Part shown: positions 62,289 to 64,000 of the stretch, one piece after another
Numbering within the stretch: position 1 is the stretch's first letter
How the letters are laid out: the number at the start of each line of letters is the position of its first letter
Virus record (IMG/VR): IMGVR_UViG_3300032323_001214
Location: 62,001 to 126,000 of that record
DNA: 64,000 nucleotides
Strand: one strand, 5' to 3'
Translations under genes and position numbers: made by a program
The notes under the pieces: generated by a model
Seen by the model: the letters and a program-made list of their open reading frames with translations, nothing else
Databases searched by the model: none
What the model was told of the DNA's origin: nothing

Positions 62289-63133
62289 GTACCGACATTG
62301 CTAATCAAAAATCCAATCGCTATGCTACATTGAATTTAGTAAATTCGCAAGATATCACTGATCTTTTGCATTATGTACATAATGAAACACAATCTATAAA
62401 ACCTGAAGGTGTAACAGTATTTGACTTTTATAGTATGGATGATTTGAACCATGCTGATAAATGGGACTATGAACACTTTGATTATAGAGTAAATCAATAT
62501 GGCTTTAGGATGGAAGAGTTACCGAAAGAAGTAGATATTGCTGTATTCGGCTGTAGTTTTACCTTTGGTGTAGGTCTCCCCCCTCAATTTTTGTGGCATA
62601 ACTTATTAGCAAAAGATTTAAATGTATCTTGCGCTAATTTTGGTATTGCAGGTGCCTCTGTCAAAACTATTATAGATGTATTTCTTATAGTATCTAAACA
62701 TGTAAAGATTAAAAAAGCAATATTTTTATTTCCACCTTTTATGCGTTTTCAAGTGGCAAAGACAAACCTTCAAAATATTGTTAGTCATTTTGATGTTATA
62801 CCGGGTCACAAATCACAGCTTTGTAAACGATATGGTATAGAAGGGGATATGGTTTACAAAACACTACCAAACGAAGAACTATTTAAGGTGGCAAAAGATT
62901 CATTATATCTTGCAGAATATATTGCAAAAGATAGGAATATCGAAATTTTCTATAGTTGCTGGGAAGATGAATCTTGGTATTTTATCGAAAACATGAAATT
63001 TGAATATGCAAAATTGTTACCTAGATGGATGACGCCGGATGATTGTCAAGATGACTTAGCCAGAGATAAAATGCATCCAGGACCAAAGCATCATAATTAT
63101 TGGTTTTTATCAATTAACAGATTTTTAAAATGA
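62285..63133 (+). CDS. SGNH-like protein (GCS variant)
   Basis: NQYGFR, VFGCSFTFGVG, NFGIAGAS, ARDKMHPG. Confidence 0.68.
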   Translation: MSTDIANQKSNRYATLNLVNSQDITDLLHYVHNETQSIKPEGVTVFDFYSMDDLNHADKWDYEHFDYRVNQYGFRMEELPKEVDIAVFGCSFTFGVGLPPQFLWHNLLAKDLNVSCANFGIAGASVKTIIDVFLIVSKHVKIKKAIFLFPPFMRFQVAKTNLQNIVSHFDVIPGHKSQLCKRYGIEGDMVYKTLPNEELFKVAKDSLYLAEYIAKDRNIEIFYSCWEDESWYFIENMKFEYAKLLPRWMTPDDCQDDLARDKMHPGPKHHNYWFLSINRFLK

Positions 63134-64000
63134 ATTATTTAGGAATATCGTCGGGCTTCCATGATGCTGCCATTAGTGTAATAGATGACAACGGTAACAT
63201 TTTGTTTGCGGGTCATGGCGAACGTTATAGTAAACATAAACATGATAAACATTTGTCAATTGGTATAATTGAAGATGCATTGTCATACTGTACTAGCAAA
63301 GATATAGAAATTCATTACTACGAACGACCATGGATGAAATTTTTACGACAAGTTAGATCAGGTGAAAAGCCTAAATTATCTAATCTGTCTGTTAAAGAGA
63401 TAATTGGTACTGGATTGTTACACAAATTACAAGACGGCCGCAAGGGCAAAATTCACACGCATAATCATCATTTAAGTCATGCAGCCGCGGGTTTCCAAAC
63501 AAGTAGCTATGATGATGCTACTATAGTTATAATCGATGCTATCGGTGAGTTTGATACTATTAGTATTTGGAACGCTTGGTATGATAAGAACGGCAAGACA
63601 CAGTATAAGAAGTTATGGGGACAACGCTATCCAGATAGTATTGGATTGTTTTACTCGGCAATGACTGAACGTGTAGGTCTACGCCCATTAGATGAAGAAT
63701 ACATATTGATGGGTATGGCTGCATATGGTAATGACCGTCCGGTGAAAGATATGTCTAATGAGTTAATATCATCATTCAGCGACATTACTTTTAAAGATAA
63801 TTTACATACAGGCGTATCAAAATCTTTTCTTGAAGGGGAAGATGAAATGAACATAGCATGTAGCGCACAATTGATTGTTGAACAATTGATAATGAATGTT
63901 ATCAGTAAAGCAAAGATGTTAGGTGGTAGTAAGAACTTAGTGTATGGTGGTGGTGTCGCATTAAATTGTTTAGCAAATAGATTATTAGGAAACTTTTATG
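63130..64000 (+). CDS. NodU/CmcH-family carbamoyltransferase, N-terminal part (continues beyond the right edge; not in ORF track)
   Basis: Manual translation MNYLGISSGFHDAAISVID...ERYSKHKHD...HHLSHAAAGF...IDAIGE...SIGLFYS...EYILMGMAAYG...GGGVALNCLAN. Confidence 0.92.
   Translation, partial: MNYLGISSGFHDAAISVIDDNGNILFAGHGERYSKHKHDKHLSIGIIEDALSYCTSKDIEIHYYERPWMKFLRQVRSGEKPKLSNLSVKEIIGTGLLHKLQDGRKGKIHTHNHHLSHAAAGFQTSSYDDATIVIIDAIGEFDTISIWNAWYDKNGKTQYKKLWGQRYPDSIGLFYSAMTERVGLRPLDEEYILMGMAAYGNDRPVKDMSNELISSFSDITFKDNLHTGVSKSFLEGEDEMNIACSAQLIVEQLIMNVISKAKMLGGSKNLVYGGGVALNCLANRLLGNFY

Noticed and set aside
1-64000. Stop-codon recoding, CRISPR arrays, diversity-generating retroelement or retron
   Set aside because: Genes are full length in the standard code; no spaced direct repeats and no reverse transcriptase were seen in this window.

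Overview
AT-rich segment of a large T4-like (jumbo) myophage genome, standard genetic code, with no host genes, tRNAs or CRISPR arrays seen. From left to right: (i) a tape-measure-like gene running off the left edge on the minus strand (missed by the ORF track); (ii) a gp26-like/gp51-like hub-assembly pair joined by a candidate -1 ribosomal frameshift; (iii) a ~500-nt highly structured non-coding region; (iv) a minus-strand block with a gp55-like late sigma factor, a free-standing GIY-YIG endonuclease, gp47/gp46 (Mre11/Rad50) and a Hjc-like resolvase; (v) a plus-strand baseplate/tail module (tube initiator-like, gp53/LysM, hub, gp5-like spike, gp25, gp6, a 6420-aa gp7-like giant protein, fibre proteins) punctuated by T4-type TAAATA late promoters; (vi) a tightly coupled >20-kb gene run from 43120 to the right edge encoding 3 glycosyltransferase-like proteins, 11 radical SAM enzymes (10 with an N-terminal twitch-like domain, splitting into two 5-member subtypes), 3 SGNH-like proteins, a 34-aa PFIY peptide and a NodU/CmcH carbamoyltransferase. 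Block (vi) is the best candidate for an undescribed system, possibly a late-expressed pathway that glycosylates virion proteins and tailors the glycans. All functional calls come from motif recognition only; no searches were run.
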